Assembly: GCA_024653325.1 (NCBI GenBank)
Contig: JANLFX010000005.1
Coordinates: 1-64,000, forward strand
From: Anaerolineae bacterium
GTDB taxonomy: Bacteria; Chloroflexota; Anaerolineae; JACIWR01
Direction of reading: 5' to 3'
DNA length: 64,000 bases
Part shown: positions 17,883 through 31,109 of the stretch, piece after piece
Numbering within the stretch: position 1 is the first letter of the stretch
How the letters are laid out: every line of letters starts with the position of its first letter
The notes under the pieces: generated by a model
The model's input: only the letters and a program-made list of their open reading frames with translations
Database searches by the model: none
What the model was told of the DNA's origin: nothing
Translations under genes and position numbers: made by a program

Positions 17883-19472
17883 TCACTGTCCTCGCAGTTT
17901 CGCCCTTTCCTGTCTGAGGGTCGGATCGGTTTCACGAAAAGTTCTGACCTGGTTGCCGCCATAGTGTTTGGCCATGTACATCGCGTCGTCGGCGGCATCA
18001 ATCAAACTCGAAGGGTCCTGCGCGTCATCAGGATAAGTGGCCACCCCCAGGCTGAAACGGACGCCGGGCAAACCATGGTTTTCCTGCAAGTCCAGGGTGA
18101 CCATGTCAGTTACCCAAATCAGCAGATCATTGGCAATCTGGATGGATTGGGTAGCGTTCACTCCAGGCAGGATGACCATGAACTCGTCGCCACCGTAACG
18201 GGCCACTAGCCCTTTCCATTCCTGGGTAGCTACTTCCAGGGATCGAGCAATGCTTTTCAGCACCTGATCACCTTTGGAGTGGCCATAGCTGTCGTTGAAG
18301 TTCTTGAATTTATCTACCTCAATCATGACCAACGAGACGGGTTGGCGCGTCGCCTGGGCCTCGCGCAAGGTCTGGCGCAGGCTGTCCTGAAAATAGCGGT
18401 GGTTGTACACATTGGTTAAACCATCCAGGTTGGCCATGCGTTGCACTTGATTGTGCAATTGCGCGTTTTCAATAGCCAGAACTGCCGACTTGGCTAAATT
18501 GGAAAGGACCTCTAAATCATTGGGCTCTATCCTGGCCCGGTCATCGCAATCAACGACCAGGACCCCCACTGGCCTTTGTTCTCCCTTCAGAGGGGCGGCG
18601 ATCTGTAACATCGGCCCCTGGGCCATCAGCGGTGAACCTTGTGAACCATCCACGATGAAAGGCCGGTTTTTTTCGATGATTGCTGCAAAAAGGTCCCTAT
18701 CGAAGTGCAACGGGGGTAGAGGAGAAAAGGTGTCCCGATAGCTGTGATAGCTCTCATAAGGGAGGTCTCCTGTTTTGCCGTCGGTGGTGAGGAGCAGCGC
18801 TGCGCGGCGGAAACCGAGGACCTTGGTCGGGACCTCGGCGATGTTCTGCAACGTGTTTCCCGATTGCAGGTCATACACTGCCCGTTCCAGTTCCTGCAAA
18901 ACTGCCAGTTCGGTGAGCTTTCGCTCCAGGTTCTCGGCGTGTTCCTGGCTGTCCTGAATATGTTCCAGTACCCGGCCCTTAAGAGCAAGGGATAGCGCGG
19001 CAGTGCTTATAATCAATCCCCAGGCGGGGATTATCTGCCCAATCACGTCGAAATCTTTGAACCAGAAAATGACCAGTCCACTGGTCAGCACGCCGGCTGT
19101 CGCTGCCACGAGGATGGTTTTCCAGGGGCCGAAACACAGTGCAGCGCCGGCTATGGCCAGCAGGTACAGAATGACATAGGTGGTAATCGGGCCACGCAAG
19201 CCGAGGATGATGGCCGTGATTAACACGCAATCCAGCACGGTAGTGGCACAACGGAACCAATCTGGCAGTTCACGATGTCGCCCGGAGAAATAACTCGTTG
19301 TAATGGTGAACAACACAGCAACGCCCCACGCTGCCCAGCCCATCATCTGCGTCGCCGGGTCGGGACTGGTGAGCAGGAACAGCGCCGCCAGGCCGATGAT
19401 GGCCCAGTGAGCCAGGTGCAGCTCATGCCAGAAAGCGATTGTTTGAAGAGCGGAGGTAGTTATTTTCGCCAC
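17883..19472 (-). CDS. Membrane-anchored GAF-GGDEF diguanylate cyclase
   Basis: N-terminal TM helices, then a GAF-like region. 'RYGGDEFMVIL' and 'DGLTNVYNHRYF' are GGDEF signatures. Confidence 0.8.
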   Translation of the reverse strand: MAKITTSALQTIAFWHELHLAHWAIIGLAALFLLTSPDPATQMMGWAAWGVAVLFTITTSYFSGRHRELPDWFRCATTVLDCVLITAIILGLRGPITTYVILYLLAIAGAALCFGPWKTILVAATAGVLTSGLVIFWFKDFDVIGQIIPAWGLIISTAALSLALKGRVLEHIQDSQEHAENLERKLTELAVLQELERAVYDLQSGNTLQNIAEVPTKVLGFRRAALLLTTDGKTGDLPYESYHSYRDTFSPLPPLHFDRDLFAAIIEKNRPFIVDGSQGSPLMAQGPMLQIAAPLKGEQRPVGVLVVDCDDRARIEPNDLEVLSNLAKSAVLAIENAQLHNQVQRMANLDGLTNVYNHRYFQDSLRQTLREAQATRQPVSLVMIEVDKFKNFNDSYGHSKGDQVLKSIARSLEVATQEWKGLVARYGGDEFMVILPGVNATQSIQIANDLLIWVTDMVTLDLQENHGLPGVRFSLGVATYPDDAQDPSSLIDAADDAMYMAKHYGGNQVRTFRETDPTLRQERAKLRGQ

Positions 19473-19852
19473 AGTAAGTATCCAAAAACCGTGCGGTTGA
19501 CCTATGCCATTTCGTGTGTATTCATTTTAGCACACTTGGTCAGATATTTCAACCCTTTGCTCTGGGAGAGATGCATTTCACTTTGGGGGCGAGTTGCTGC
19601 TGTGCCCTGGCCGCGGAGACCTCTCCCAGCCCCCCAGAATATGGTAGGCGCGGTTTCTTACCGCGCAACCCCGGTCACGACAGTGGGCCTGCGCGGTGCT
19701 GGGGGCCGTCGGCCGCGCTATGGAAAGCGCTATCCCAACTTCGCTCAGGGCGCAGCCCTTCGCTGGGCTCAGGGCGCAGCAGCGGTCGGCCGCTACGGGA
19801 CAAACCTGCCCCGAAACTGAAACGCACCCCTATGGGAGAGTGCATTTCAGAA

Positions 19853-19884
19853 CGGGTAGCCGACGGCACTGCCATCGGCTGCCC
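19853..19884. repeat. REP-like palindrome family C (GGGTAGCCGACGGCA-n-TGCCGTCGGCTACCC type), preceded by 'gcatttca' box
   Basis: 'gggtagccgacggcactgccatcggctgcccc' carries G·U-compatible mismatches. Related copies at 26515 and 43122. Confidence 0.5.
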
Positions 19885-19960
19885 CGTCCCGTTTCTCACC
19901 ACTCTTGACAGCGGAGGACCATTGTGCTATATTGAGCGCATAAACTTCGAGGTGGTCTGG

Positions 19961-23164
<3,204 letters not shown>

Positions 23165-23176
23165 ATGGCGAATCAG

Positions 23177-23195
23177 TCAGGTGACAGTCACCTGA
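23177..23195. repeat. REP-like palindrome family A copy (tcaggtgacagtcacctga)
   Basis: Perfect 19-bp palindrome between the SNF2 stop and the SWIM start. Confidence 0.5.
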
Positions 23196-23206
23196 GGGAG
23201 GGGTGA

Positions 23207-24112
23207 ATGGCTCGACGCCGGTATTATCGCGATGATTGGGGTTACTTTCCACCTTCGCGTCCCATTGAGGTAGAAGGCGGGATCAAGGCTAAAAGCCAGC
23301 GAGGGCAAATTGGCGAGACCTGGTGGGCCGGGCGCTGGATCCGCGCGCTAGAGACGATCATGGATCCGGCGCGCCTGAGACGGGGACGAAGCTACGCTCG
23401 CCAGGGCCAGGTGTTGGAGATAAACGAACAGGCGGGGATGATCACCGCCCGCGTGCAAGGTTCCCGCCGCACGCCCTACAAGGTGCGGATCGAGATCACG
23501 CCCCTTAATGATGCGGAATGGGACAAGGTCATTGAGGCCATGTCCGAGCAGGCCCTCTTCGCCGCCAAGCTTCTTGCCGGCGAGATGCCGCAGAATATCG
23601 AGGAGGCCTTCGCCACGGCAGGGGTGTTATTGTTTCCGGGGCGGTCGAAGGACCTGGTGACCTCGTGCTCCTGCCCGGACTGGGCCAATCCCTGCAAGCA
23701 CATCGCCGCCGTGTATTACCTGTTGGGCGAGCGGTTTGACGAGGACCCGTTCATGCTCTTTCGCCTGCGTGGGCGGACGAAAGAACAGATCATGGAGGCG
23801 CTGCGGGCCAGGCGTGCTGCCGGGGCCGCCGTGATCGCCGAACCGGCAGCCACCTATGAGCCGGAGCCGGCCTTTGCTGCTGAGGATGTGCCGTTGGAGA
23901 GCGCTCTCGATAATTACTGGGACGCGGGCGAGGGCCTGAACGACTTTCGAGTGATGATGACCCCGCCGCCCGTCGAGGCGGCATTGCTCAAAAGATTGGG
24001 TACGCCGCCGTTCTGGAAAGGGCCGCCGGATTTTCAGAGCACCTTGGGCACGGTTTACGCTGCTGTCACTGCCAGAGCGATGGAAGAGGCTTTCGGGGAG
24101 AGCCTCAGGTGA
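23207..24112 (+). CDS. SWIM zinc-finger protein, SNF2-helicase-associated
   Basis: SWIM signature 'CSCPDWANPCKHIAAVYY' (C-x-C-xn-C-x-H). Lies immediately downstream of the SNF2 gene. Confidence 0.7.
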   Translation: MARRRYYRDDWGYFPPSRPIEVEGGIKAKSQRGQIGETWWAGRWIRALETIMDPARLRRGRSYARQGQVLEINEQAGMITARVQGSRRTPYKVRIEITPLNDAEWDKVIEAMSEQALFAAKLLAGEMPQNIEEAFATAGVLLFPGRSKDLVTSCSCPDWANPCKHIAAVYYLLGERFDEDPFMLFRLRGRTKEQIMEALRARRAAGAAVIAEPAATYEPEPAFAAEDVPLESALDNYWDAGEGLNDFRVMMTPPPVEAALLKRLGTPPFWKGPPDFQSTLGTVYAAVTARAMEEAFGESLR

Positions 24113-24167
24113 CGGCCACCTCGAGGGTGACCGTCACCTGAAACAGGGGCGGGATTGCATCCCGCCC
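24105..24167. terminator. Composite bidirectional terminator: family A palindrome plus GC hairpin (gggcgggat-tgc-atcccgccc)
   Basis: Lies between the convergent SWIM (+) and SIMPL (-) genes. Two consecutive perfect inverted repeats. Confidence 0.45.
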
Positions 24168-24178
24168 TTGCTGTTACA

Positions 24179-24910
24179 TTACTTGATGATGTAGGTCACG
24201 CTGACCTGCAGACTGATCTGGATTTGTCCGCTGGAGACCGGCACCTCGCCGCCCCCCATTCTCACGGCAGCTTCCCTCATGACCGGGTAAACCGGACCTG
24301 ATATGTACTCGGTGATGTTCATCGGCACATCCAGGGTGACGCCGGCGGCCTTGGCCAGTTGCTCGGCGCGGACTTTGGCGTCGGCCATCGCTTTATCGCG
24401 GGCTTCGGCTTCCAGCTTGGCCGGATCATCCACACTGAAGCTCACACCGTAGATGTTGTTCGCCCCCGCTTTCACTGCCTCGCCTAACGCCTGTCCCACC
24501 TTGCTCAGGTCGCGGATGGTGACGGTTAAAGTGTTATCCGCCACGTAAGTGAACGTGTCTTTTGGCTGGCCGGTCTTCGGATCGTAGTCCTGCTGGGCAT
24601 ATACCGAGAAATTAGTGGTCTGGATGTCTTTCTCCTCAATGCCCAGTTCCTTGAGCGCAGCCATGATGGCGTGCATCTTGTCGGTGCTATTGTCCACTGC
24701 TTTGACCGGGTCCTGGTCGCGGACCTGCACGCCGATCTGGGCCGTGGCGATGTCCGGCGTGCCGTAGGCAACGCCATTGCCGTTCACGGTAATGGTATGC
24801 GGCTGGGGTTCCTCATTGTTCGCCGTGCTGGGAATCGCGCACCCGGCGAGAGCCAGCGCCCCAAGCAAGGCTACTAAAGATACGGATACGAAAATCATTT
24901 TGCGGTTCAT
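24179..24910 (-). CDS. SIMPL-domain (DUF541) secreted lipoprotein
   Basis: Signal peptide with lipobox 'LALAGC'. Motifs 'GVQVRDQDPVKAVDNSTDKMHAIMAAL' and 'EARDKAMADAKVRAEQLAKAAG' fit SIMPL/26-kDa periplasmic immunogenic protein. Confidence 0.6.
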   Translation of the reverse strand: MNRKMIFVSVSLVALLGALALAGCAIPSTANNEEPQPHTITVNGNGVAYGTPDIATAQIGVQVRDQDPVKAVDNSTDKMHAIMAALKELGIEEKDIQTTNFSVYAQQDYDPKTGQPKDTFTYVADNTLTVTIRDLSKVGQALGEAVKAGANNIYGVSFSVDDPAKLEAEARDKAMADAKVRAEQLAKAAGVTLDVPMNITEYISGPVYPVMREAAVRMGGGEVPVSSGQIQISLQVSVTYIIK

Positions 24911-24999
24911 TTTTATCCCTCCTGGTATGGTTGAAGTTTCATGATTATAGACGCTTCAACCCTCAGTTTGGTTCCCAGCCGCTTCATCCCCTCTTCCGA

Positions 25000-26379
25000 T
25001 CAAGGGTGATGCTGCTCTTGCGGGAACCCGGCCTGCTTGTTGAACCCATTCCAGGCCAGCGAGAACAACATTGGCGGGCGATGTTGCACCGGTACAGACG
25101 ACACAGCCTCTATCCAGCGAGCCGTGGCCTGGGCCGCCCGCTCGAAACACGAGGTGGTGAAGGCGGCTAACGGCGCGGCTCGTTCCCCCTTTTCCACCCC
25201 ACGGTATCTGGCATACATCTCCGCCGCCTCGCTCAGGAACGCCGCTTCCAGTGAATCCCGATCGTCACGGTACAGGGGCAGGCGGGTAGGATAGTCACGG
25301 ATCACCGCCCGATGCAGGCGCTCGTGAGTCCACCACAGCGATTGGGAGTCGTAGATGCCGGTCGGTTCGGGGCCCAGCTCAGGCAGTCCCGCCCCACCCA
25401 GGTACACTGGCTTGAAGATGCCGGTGCATGTGCCGGAAGTGCCGGTCAACCAGTAGGTCGGCAGATCGGGCGCCAGGTGGGCGACCATCGCTCCTGTGGA
25501 TTGGCTGGGCCGGGTCGGGCCGAAGCTGGCGTGCACGCAAAGCGTGTCCATCAACCAGCCTTGGCCCGGATTCCAGGCTGGATCGGCAATAGCCCGCGGA
25601 CCGTGGTCGCGCAGGGCGGCCATCATGGTTTCCACGGTGATGTGGCCCTTCTGCGCCTCCAGCAGGGCGGTCGAGCGACTCTGGCGAGCGTGGCAGCCAT
25701 CCAAACGGGTGTAAATAAAGTCGGAATAACAACGGGCAAAGTGGAATTCGTCCCTCGATTTGCACCAGCCTTTCTCGATGGCGTGTTCCACCAGCCCTGG
25801 CGAGGCCAGATCCCACTCACTGCCAATAGTCAAACCATTGGAAATGGTACGCACATCGCGCACCCGTTCGGCGGCCCAGAACTTGCCCGCCGTCTCCAAT
25901 ACCCAGGCCTCGTTGGGGTCGGCGATGATAAACGAGTTGTGGTAATAGGTCTTGTGGTGGAAGCCGCAGTTGCCGCCCTGGCCATAAGTGGTCAGCAGTT
26001 CAACGATGACGTCCAGGGCCTGGCGGGCCGTATCAGCCCGCTCCAGCGCCAGGCGGATGAAATCCATTCCGATCAGGCCAGGTCTCTTGTCGTAGGGTTC
26101 TTTGGTGAACACCGCCTCGTTGCCGATGGTTACACCGCATTCATTAGCTCCCATCTCGCAACCCCAAAGCCAGAAGGGCTTGGATAGCAACACCTCGTAG
26201 GTTTCCGGCACCTGCGGGATTTCGATGTAGGTGCATTTGACCGTGGCCCCGGCTTCGTGTCTGGCCCGTGGGATGTGGACCAGCACATGCGCCTCGTTTG
26301 GCTCGCGGTCGCTGTTCTTAGCCAAAATGACCGTGCCGTCGGCTGTAGCATTGCCTACTGCGACCAGGGTATCGCACAT
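25000..26379 (-). CDS. Ntn-hydrolase, C69-family dipeptidase-like (N-terminal Cys nucleophile)
   Basis: Protein begins 'MCDTLVAVGNATADGTVILAKNSDR', the C69/PepD-like N-terminal Cys pattern. The ORF-track N-terminal extension is rejected. Confidence 0.5.
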   Translation of the reverse strand: MCDTLVAVGNATADGTVILAKNSDREPNEAHVLVHIPRARHEAGATVKCTYIEIPQVPETYEVLLSKPFWLWGCEMGANECGVTIGNEAVFTKEPYDKRPGLIGMDFIRLALERADTARQALDVIVELLTTYGQGGNCGFHHKTYYHNSFIIADPNEAWVLETAGKFWAAERVRDVRTISNGLTIGSEWDLASPGLVEHAIEKGWCKSRDEFHFARCYSDFIYTRLDGCHARQSRSTALLEAQKGHITVETMMAALRDHGPRAIADPAWNPGQGWLMDTLCVHASFGPTRPSQSTGAMVAHLAPDLPTYWLTGTSGTCTGIFKPVYLGGAGLPELGPEPTGIYDSQSLWWTHERLHRAVIRDYPTRLPLYRDDRDSLEAAFLSEAAEMYARYRGVEKGERAAPLAAFTTSCFERAAQATARWIEAVSSVPVQHRPPMLFSLAWNGFNKQAGFPQEQHHP

Positions 26380-26488
26380 TTTTCTCACCTCACCAATTAT
26401 CAAGTGATTTTTAAGCAATCAGGCCAACTCTGGGAGGGCTTTGAAATTATAGCATAAAGCAGGCAGGAATTCAAAAGCTATATGCCAG

Positions 26489-26554
26489 GCGCATTTCACT
26501 TTGAGGCAGGATTGGGTAGACGATGGCAATGCCGTCGTCTACCCCCACTCGGCC
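26489..26554. repeat. REP-like family C copy with 'gcatttcac' box and palindrome gggtagacgatggcaatgccgtcgtctacccc
   Basis: Intergenic; the stem tolerates a T·G (wobble) mismatch. Confidence 0.5.
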
Positions 26555-26628
26555 CAGGTCTCCGCCTCCGCCGAGCATTGTGACGCGACCAGGGGACCAT
26601 GTCATAGCAGGTCCGGTTAGAAAAAGAC

Positions 26629-26695
26629 TTGACAAAATTAAGATTTTGATTTATGATATATATATGGGTTTCTTTCTTTACAGAAAGAAATAAAC
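26629..26695 (+). promoter_or_regulatory. Consensus promoter (TTGACA-N17-TATGAT) plus palindromic operator tttctttc-tttacag-aaagaaa upstream of the ROK regulator
   Basis: AT-rich island in a GC-rich genome. A perfect -35 element, 17-bp spacer and near-consensus -10 are immediately followed by an 8/8 inverted repeat. Confidence 0.45.
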
Positions 26696-26751
26696 CACCG
26701 ACCTGTCCCCGATTTCACTGATTACCCTTCCCTTCCGGTCTGCTTCAGGAA

Positions 26752-27978
26752 ATGGGCGGAACCATGAATTTGGTTGGCAATCCCTACTTGATGAAACAAC
26801 TAAATCGTTCCGCTATTCTGGGACTTCTTCGTGAACGCGGTCCTCTTTCCAGATCAGATGTTGCCAAAATTCTGAACCTCAGTCCACCTACTGTGACTCG
26901 TATCGTGAATCAGCTTATCGAGGAAGGTTTGTTGTGCGAGGGCGAAACAGCCGAGTCCGTGACCAAAATAGGTCGTCCACCCACTTTGCTGCACTTCAAT
27001 TTCTCGGCCTACATGGTGATAGGCGTGGATGTTGGTGGCACAAGGACGACCGGTGCCGTAGCTGACCTGCACGGTGACATCGTTTATCGGAGAACAATTC
27101 CTTCCATCCCTGATGGTGATCGGTCCCGCAGTTTGCCCTCTCTCTTGGATTTTTTGGGTGAGCTTTTGGAAGCTGCTCCTGTTCCACGCGAGAAGGTTCG
27201 TGGTATCGGCGTGGGGGTGCCTTCCGTTGTGCTAAGCCAAGATCACTCCGTGGCCTGGGCTCCCGCTTTCGGTTGGCGTAACGTGCCTCTCAAGAATCTG
27301 GTGGAAGATCGCTTCGGGATTGCCGCTTTTATCGAGAACGATGTCAATCTGGCCACACTGGGGGAGAGTCAGTTTGGCATTGGCCGTGGCGTTCAAAATC
27401 TGGTGTGTATTTTTGTCGGCACCGGGATCGGCGGTGGGCTGATTCTGAATGGCGAACTGTACCGAGGGCATGAGGGAGCTGCTGGTGAGGTAGGCTACAT
27501 GATTCCCCGGCCCGATTTTTTGCAGCACTCTTATGATGATGAGTTCGGGTGTCTGGAGAGTCTGGCTGCAGGTCCCGGCGTCGTGCGGCGAGCAAAAGAG
27601 GCCATCCAGGCCGGAACTCAGACCAGTCTTAGCATGGGCAACCCGAACGAGTTGACCGCCAAACAGGTCTTTCAAGCTGCCCGGGATGGGGATGCCCTGG
27701 CCCAGGAAATTGTGACTGAGACGGCGAATTATCTGGCTCAGGCAGTAGCCAACGTGGCCTGCACACTTAATCCGGAGATGATCATCTTAGGAGGAGCACT
27801 GACCCGCTCGAGTGATCTGCTTTTAGAGCCTATCAGGGAATGCGTACGTCGGGTGGTGCCGTTTGTGCCGGAAATTGTGCTTACCGAACTGGGTGACGAT
27901 GCCGTCCTTTATGGAGCCCTTGCCTTAGCTATACGCGCCACCCGTGAGCACATTTCCGTGCAGGGGAACGCTACCTAG
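26752..27978 (+). CDS. ROK-family transcriptional repressor (NagC/XylR-like; HTH + sugar-kinase fold)
   Basis: N-terminal wHTH 'LSRSDVAKILNLSPPTVTRIVNQLIEEGLL'. ROK glycine-rich 'IGVDVGGT', and the ROK Cys/His Zn motif region is present. Lower GC than its neighbours. Confidence 0.75.
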   Translation: MGGTMNLVGNPYLMKQLNRSAILGLLRERGPLSRSDVAKILNLSPPTVTRIVNQLIEEGLLCEGETAESVTKIGRPPTLLHFNFSAYMVIGVDVGGTRTTGAVADLHGDIVYRRTIPSIPDGDRSRSLPSLLDFLGELLEAAPVPREKVRGIGVGVPSVVLSQDHSVAWAPAFGWRNVPLKNLVEDRFGIAAFIENDVNLATLGESQFGIGRGVQNLVCIFVGTGIGGGLILNGELYRGHEGAAGEVGYMIPRPDFLQHSYDDEFGCLESLAAGPGVVRRAKEAIQAGTQTSLSMGNPNELTAKQVFQAARDGDALAQEIVTETANYLAQAVANVACTLNPEMIILGGALTRSSDLLLEPIRECVRRVVPFVPEIVLTELGDDAVLYGALALAIRATREHISVQGNAT

Positions 27979-28050
27979 AACAGTGCAAGTTAGTCAGGAC
28001 GGTTTTTGTGGTGCCATGGTCCGCAAGTTCATCTGGTGAAGGAGGGCCTG

Positions 28051-28758
28051 ATGATTCCCGTACTCAATGTGGAGACGCTCACCCTCGATCAACTGGCCAA
28101 GACAATTGACCACTCGCTGCTTAAACCGGAATTGACCGATGAAGACGTTATTGCCGGTTGTGAGTTGGCCAAACGGTATCATGTAGCCTCGGTATGCGTC
28201 AAACCCTGTCATGTGCCGCTGGCAGCCCGTATTCTGGCCGGTTCCGATGTCAAGGTCGGCACGGTGATCGGTTTTCCCCACGGTCACAGCACTACCGCGA
28301 CAAAGGAGTTCGAGGCGCGTGAGGCAGTGGCCAACGGCGCGGAGGAGCTGGATATGGTGATCAACATTGGAGCCCTCCGCTCTGGTCACGATGATTTGGT
28401 GCGCGATGACATTCGGGCGGTGGTGAAAGCTGCTGGCAGCAAGGCCATTGTCAAGGTTATCCTGGAGAACCATTACCTGACAGACCAGGAGAAGGTACGG
28501 GCTTGCCGTCTGGCGGAAGAAGCTGGTGCTCACTACGTCAAGACCTCTACGGGATTCGCCCCGACCGGGGCGACGATTCAAGACCTCAAACTCATGCGGG
28601 CTTCAGTCAGCCCTCATATCGGGGTCAAAGCGGCCCACGGTGTGCGCGACCTGGATACGGCCCTGGAGGTCATCGCCGTGGGTGTAACCCGTATCGGGGC
28701 CACACAAACAGAGCGCATTCTGGAGGATTTCAGGCAGCGTAAGCAGCGTGAAACGTAA
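28051..28758 (+). CDS. deoC: Deoxyribose-phosphate aldolase
   Basis: 'IDHSLLKPELTDEDV', 'VASVCVKP', 'VIGFPHG' and Schiff-base Lys region 'VKTSTGF' fit DeoC. AAGGAGG RBS before the chosen ATG. Confidence 0.75.
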   Translation: MIPVLNVETLTLDQLAKTIDHSLLKPELTDEDVIAGCELAKRYHVASVCVKPCHVPLAARILAGSDVKVGTVIGFPHGHSTTATKEFEAREAVANGAEELDMVINIGALRSGHDDLVRDDIRAVVKAAGSKAIVKVILENHYLTDQEKVRACRLAEEAGAHYVKTSTGFAPTGATIQDLKLMRASVSPHIGVKAAHGVRDLDTALEVIAVGVTRIGATQTERILEDFRQRKQRET

Positions 28759-28876
28759 GGCATAAATGCGGAGTCATGGCATGATATTTTGCTTCACGTT
28801 TTACGCTTCACGGTCGTTGCATTGTGCTTTGTTCCACCCCTGAAGGTGGACATTACATCAACGAGGAGGCAAACAC

Positions 28877-30028
28877 ATGGATGTGATCCGAGCAGCCGTC
28901 ATTGGGACGGGATTTATCGGTCCGGCGCACGTGGAGGCGTTACGCCGTCTGGGCATTGAGGTAGTGGGCATCGCCGGGTCCAGTCCGGAGCGGGCCCGGC
29001 CCAAGGCCGAGGCACTCAATATCCGCCAAGTCTACGCGGACTGGCGTGACCTGGTGGCCGATCCCTCGATCAATGTAGTCCACATTACTACCCCGAACTA
29101 CCTGCATTATCCCATGGCCAAAGCTGCTATTGAAGCCGGCAAGCATGTGGTCTGCGAGAAGCCACTGGCCATGAACTCTCAAGAATCCGCCGAGTTGCTG
29201 CAAATGGCCCAGCAGGCGGGCATTGTCCATGCGGTCAATTACAACATCCGCTTTTATCCCCTTTGTCAAGAAGCGCGGGCCCGCGCGGCCCGGGGTGACC
29301 TGGGCGAGGTGTATATCATCCGTGGCTCCTATCTCCAAGACTGGCTCCTCTACGAGACCGATTGGAACTGGCGGTTGGAGCCAGGGCTGGGCGGCAGTCT
29401 GCGTGCCGTGGCCGATATTGGCACTCACTGGCTGGACCTGACCAGCTTCATCACCGGTCTGCGCGTGCAAGCCGTCCTGGCCGACTTCCGCACTTTTATC
29501 CCCACTCGCAAAAAGCCCGCCAAACCCATTGATACCTTTGCCGGCAAGGAATTGAGACCGGAGGATTACATCGAGCAGCCCATCCACACCGAGGACTACG
29601 CCACCGTGCTCCTGGCCTACGAGGGTGGAGCCAGGGGGGTGATGACCGTCTCCCAGGTGTGCGCCGGACACAAGAATCGCCTGGCTTTTGAGATTGACGG
29701 GGCGAAATCGGCGATGGCCTGGGATTCCGAACGGCCTAATGAACTGTGGATCGGCCACCGCGATAGAGCCAATGAAGTGCTGATGAAAGACCCCTCATTG
29801 CTCACCCCTCAAGCGCGGGCCTTCGCCAGTTATCCCGGTGGTCATAACGAGGGCTTTCCCGATACTTTCAAGCAACTCTATCGCGCCGTGTATGGCTACA
29901 TCCGCGCCGGAGATCGCACCGCCCCACCCGATTTCCCGACGTTTGCTGACGGCCACGAAGAGATACTGCTTTGCGAAGCCATCGAGCGCAGCGCCCGCGA
30001 ACAAAAGTGGGTGGAGGTCGAGCGCTGA
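28877..30028 (+). CDS. Gfo/Idh/MocA-family NAD(P)-dependent oxidoreductase
   Basis: N-terminal Rossmann '[14 protein letters not shown]' and 'EKPLAMN' motif. Confidence 0.75.
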   Translation: MDVIRAAVIGTGFIGPAHVEALRRLGIEVVGIAGSSPERARPKAEALNIRQVYADWRDLVADPSINVVHITTPNYLHYPMAKAAIEAGKHVVCEKPLAMNSQESAELLQMAQQAGIVHAVNYNIRFYPLCQEARARAARGDLGEVYIIRGSYLQDWLLYETDWNWRLEPGLGGSLRAVADIGTHWLDLTSFITGLRVQAVLADFRTFIPTRKKPAKPIDTFAGKELRPEDYIEQPIHTEDYATVLLAYEGGARGVMTVSQVCAGHKNRLAFEIDGAKSAMAWDSERPNELWIGHRDRANEVLMKDPSLLTPQARAFASYPGGHNEGFPDTFKQLYRAVYGYIRAGDRTAPPDFPTFADGHEEILLCEAIERSAREQKWVEVER

Positions 30029-30079
30029 CCGATTTGCTGATTTGCCCGATTTGCTGATTTGCCCGATTTGCTGATTTTT
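30029..30079. repeat. Perfect 17-bp tandem repeat x3 (ccgatttgctgatttgc)
   Basis: Starts directly after the upstream stop codon and ends at the RBS of the next gene. Units 1 and 2 are identical; unit 3 differs only at its 3' end. Confidence 0.8.
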
Positions 30080-30094
30080 AAGGAGGGTATGACC

Positions 30095-31036
30095 ATGAAA
30101 ATCGGTTTGATGAGCGCCGCTTTCCCGAATTTGTCCCTGGAAGAACTGGCAACCTGGGCTGCGGAAAACGGGTTCCAGATGTTGGAATTGGCCTGCTGGC
30201 CAGCCGGTGAGGAAAAAGACCGCAAATACGGTGGCGTGGCCCATATAGACGTGGCAGCGCTGACTCCGGCCAAAGCCTCAGAAATCAACGGTATGCTGGC
30301 CGAGAAAGGGCTGGAAATCTCGTCTTTGGGCTACTATCCCAACGCTCTTCACCCCGACCCTGCCCACCGGGAGCACGTCATTGGCCACCTGAAGAAAGTT
30401 ATCCTCGGAGCCGAGATGCTTGGCGTGGGCATTGTGGGCACTTTTGTTGGCCGTGCCTGGAATCCTGAGCTCACCGGGCGCGATTGGCAAAAGGACCTGG
30501 ACTACAATTTCGCGGAGTTCATGAAAGTCTGGCCGGACCTGGTCAAATTTGCCGCCGACCACCACGTCAAGATCGCCATTGAAAACTGCCCCATGCTCTG
30601 GGCTGACACGTGGCCGGGTGGCTCTAACCTGCCTCACTCGCCTGCGCTGATCCGTCGCATGTTCGAGGCCGTGCCAGACGAGAATTTTGGTCTCAACTTC
30701 GACCCCTCACACCTGGTCTGGCAACAGATTGATTACATCCGCTTCGTCTATGATTTCGGGGATCGCATCTTCCACGTGCACGCCAAAGACATGGCTATAG
30801 ACGAGGAGATGTTCTACCAGGATGGTATCCTGGGTTGTGGCTTCCGCTGGCAGATACCTCGCCTGCCGGGACAGGGTCTGGTGGATTGGCAAGAACTGGT
30901 GGCGGCCCTCTACGATGTGGGATACGACTTTGTGCTCAGCATCGAGCATGAGGACCGGAACTGGGAAGGCTCAGAGGAACTGGTCAAGCGTGGATTCTTG
31001 CTGGCCAAGAAGACGCTGGAACTGTACGCGGGGTAA
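30095..31036 (+). CDS. Sugar phosphate isomerase/epimerase (xylose-isomerase-like TIM barrel)
   Basis: The pattern of conserved His/Asp/Glu metal ligands ('HVKIAIENCP', 'HVHAKD', 'SIEHED') fits the AP-endonuclease-2/IolE-like TIM family. Confidence 0.7.
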   Translation: MKIGLMSAAFPNLSLEELATWAAENGFQMLELACWPAGEEKDRKYGGVAHIDVAALTPAKASEINGMLAEKGLEISSLGYYPNALHPDPAHREHVIGHLKKVILGAEMLGVGIVGTFVGRAWNPELTGRDWQKDLDYNFAEFMKVWPDLVKFAADHHVKIAIENCPMLWADTWPGGSNLPHSPALIRRMFEAVPDENFGLNFDPSHLVWQQIDYIRFVYDFGDRIFHVHAKDMAIDEEMFYQDGILGCGFRWQIPRLPGQGLVDWQELVAALYDVGYDFVLSIEHEDRNWEGSEELVKRGFLLAKKTLELYAG

Positions 31037-31109
31037 CATCTGAAAAACATGCTGCGTGTTGCGTATTCCGTTACGCAACACGCAGCACGCGATACCTGTA
31101 GGAGGCATG

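Noticed and set aside
19514-19960. N-terminal extension of the SNF2 ORF beginning 'MCIHFSTLGQ'
   Set aside because: The region consists of REP-like repeats ('gcatttcac' boxes, family C palindrome). The conserved SNF2 N-terminus 'MIVLHGSW' with a GAGGTGG RBS begins at 19961.
30029-30079. Possible CRISPR array
   Set aside because: Only three 17-bp units in direct tandem with no spacers. Too short and spacer-less for CRISPR.
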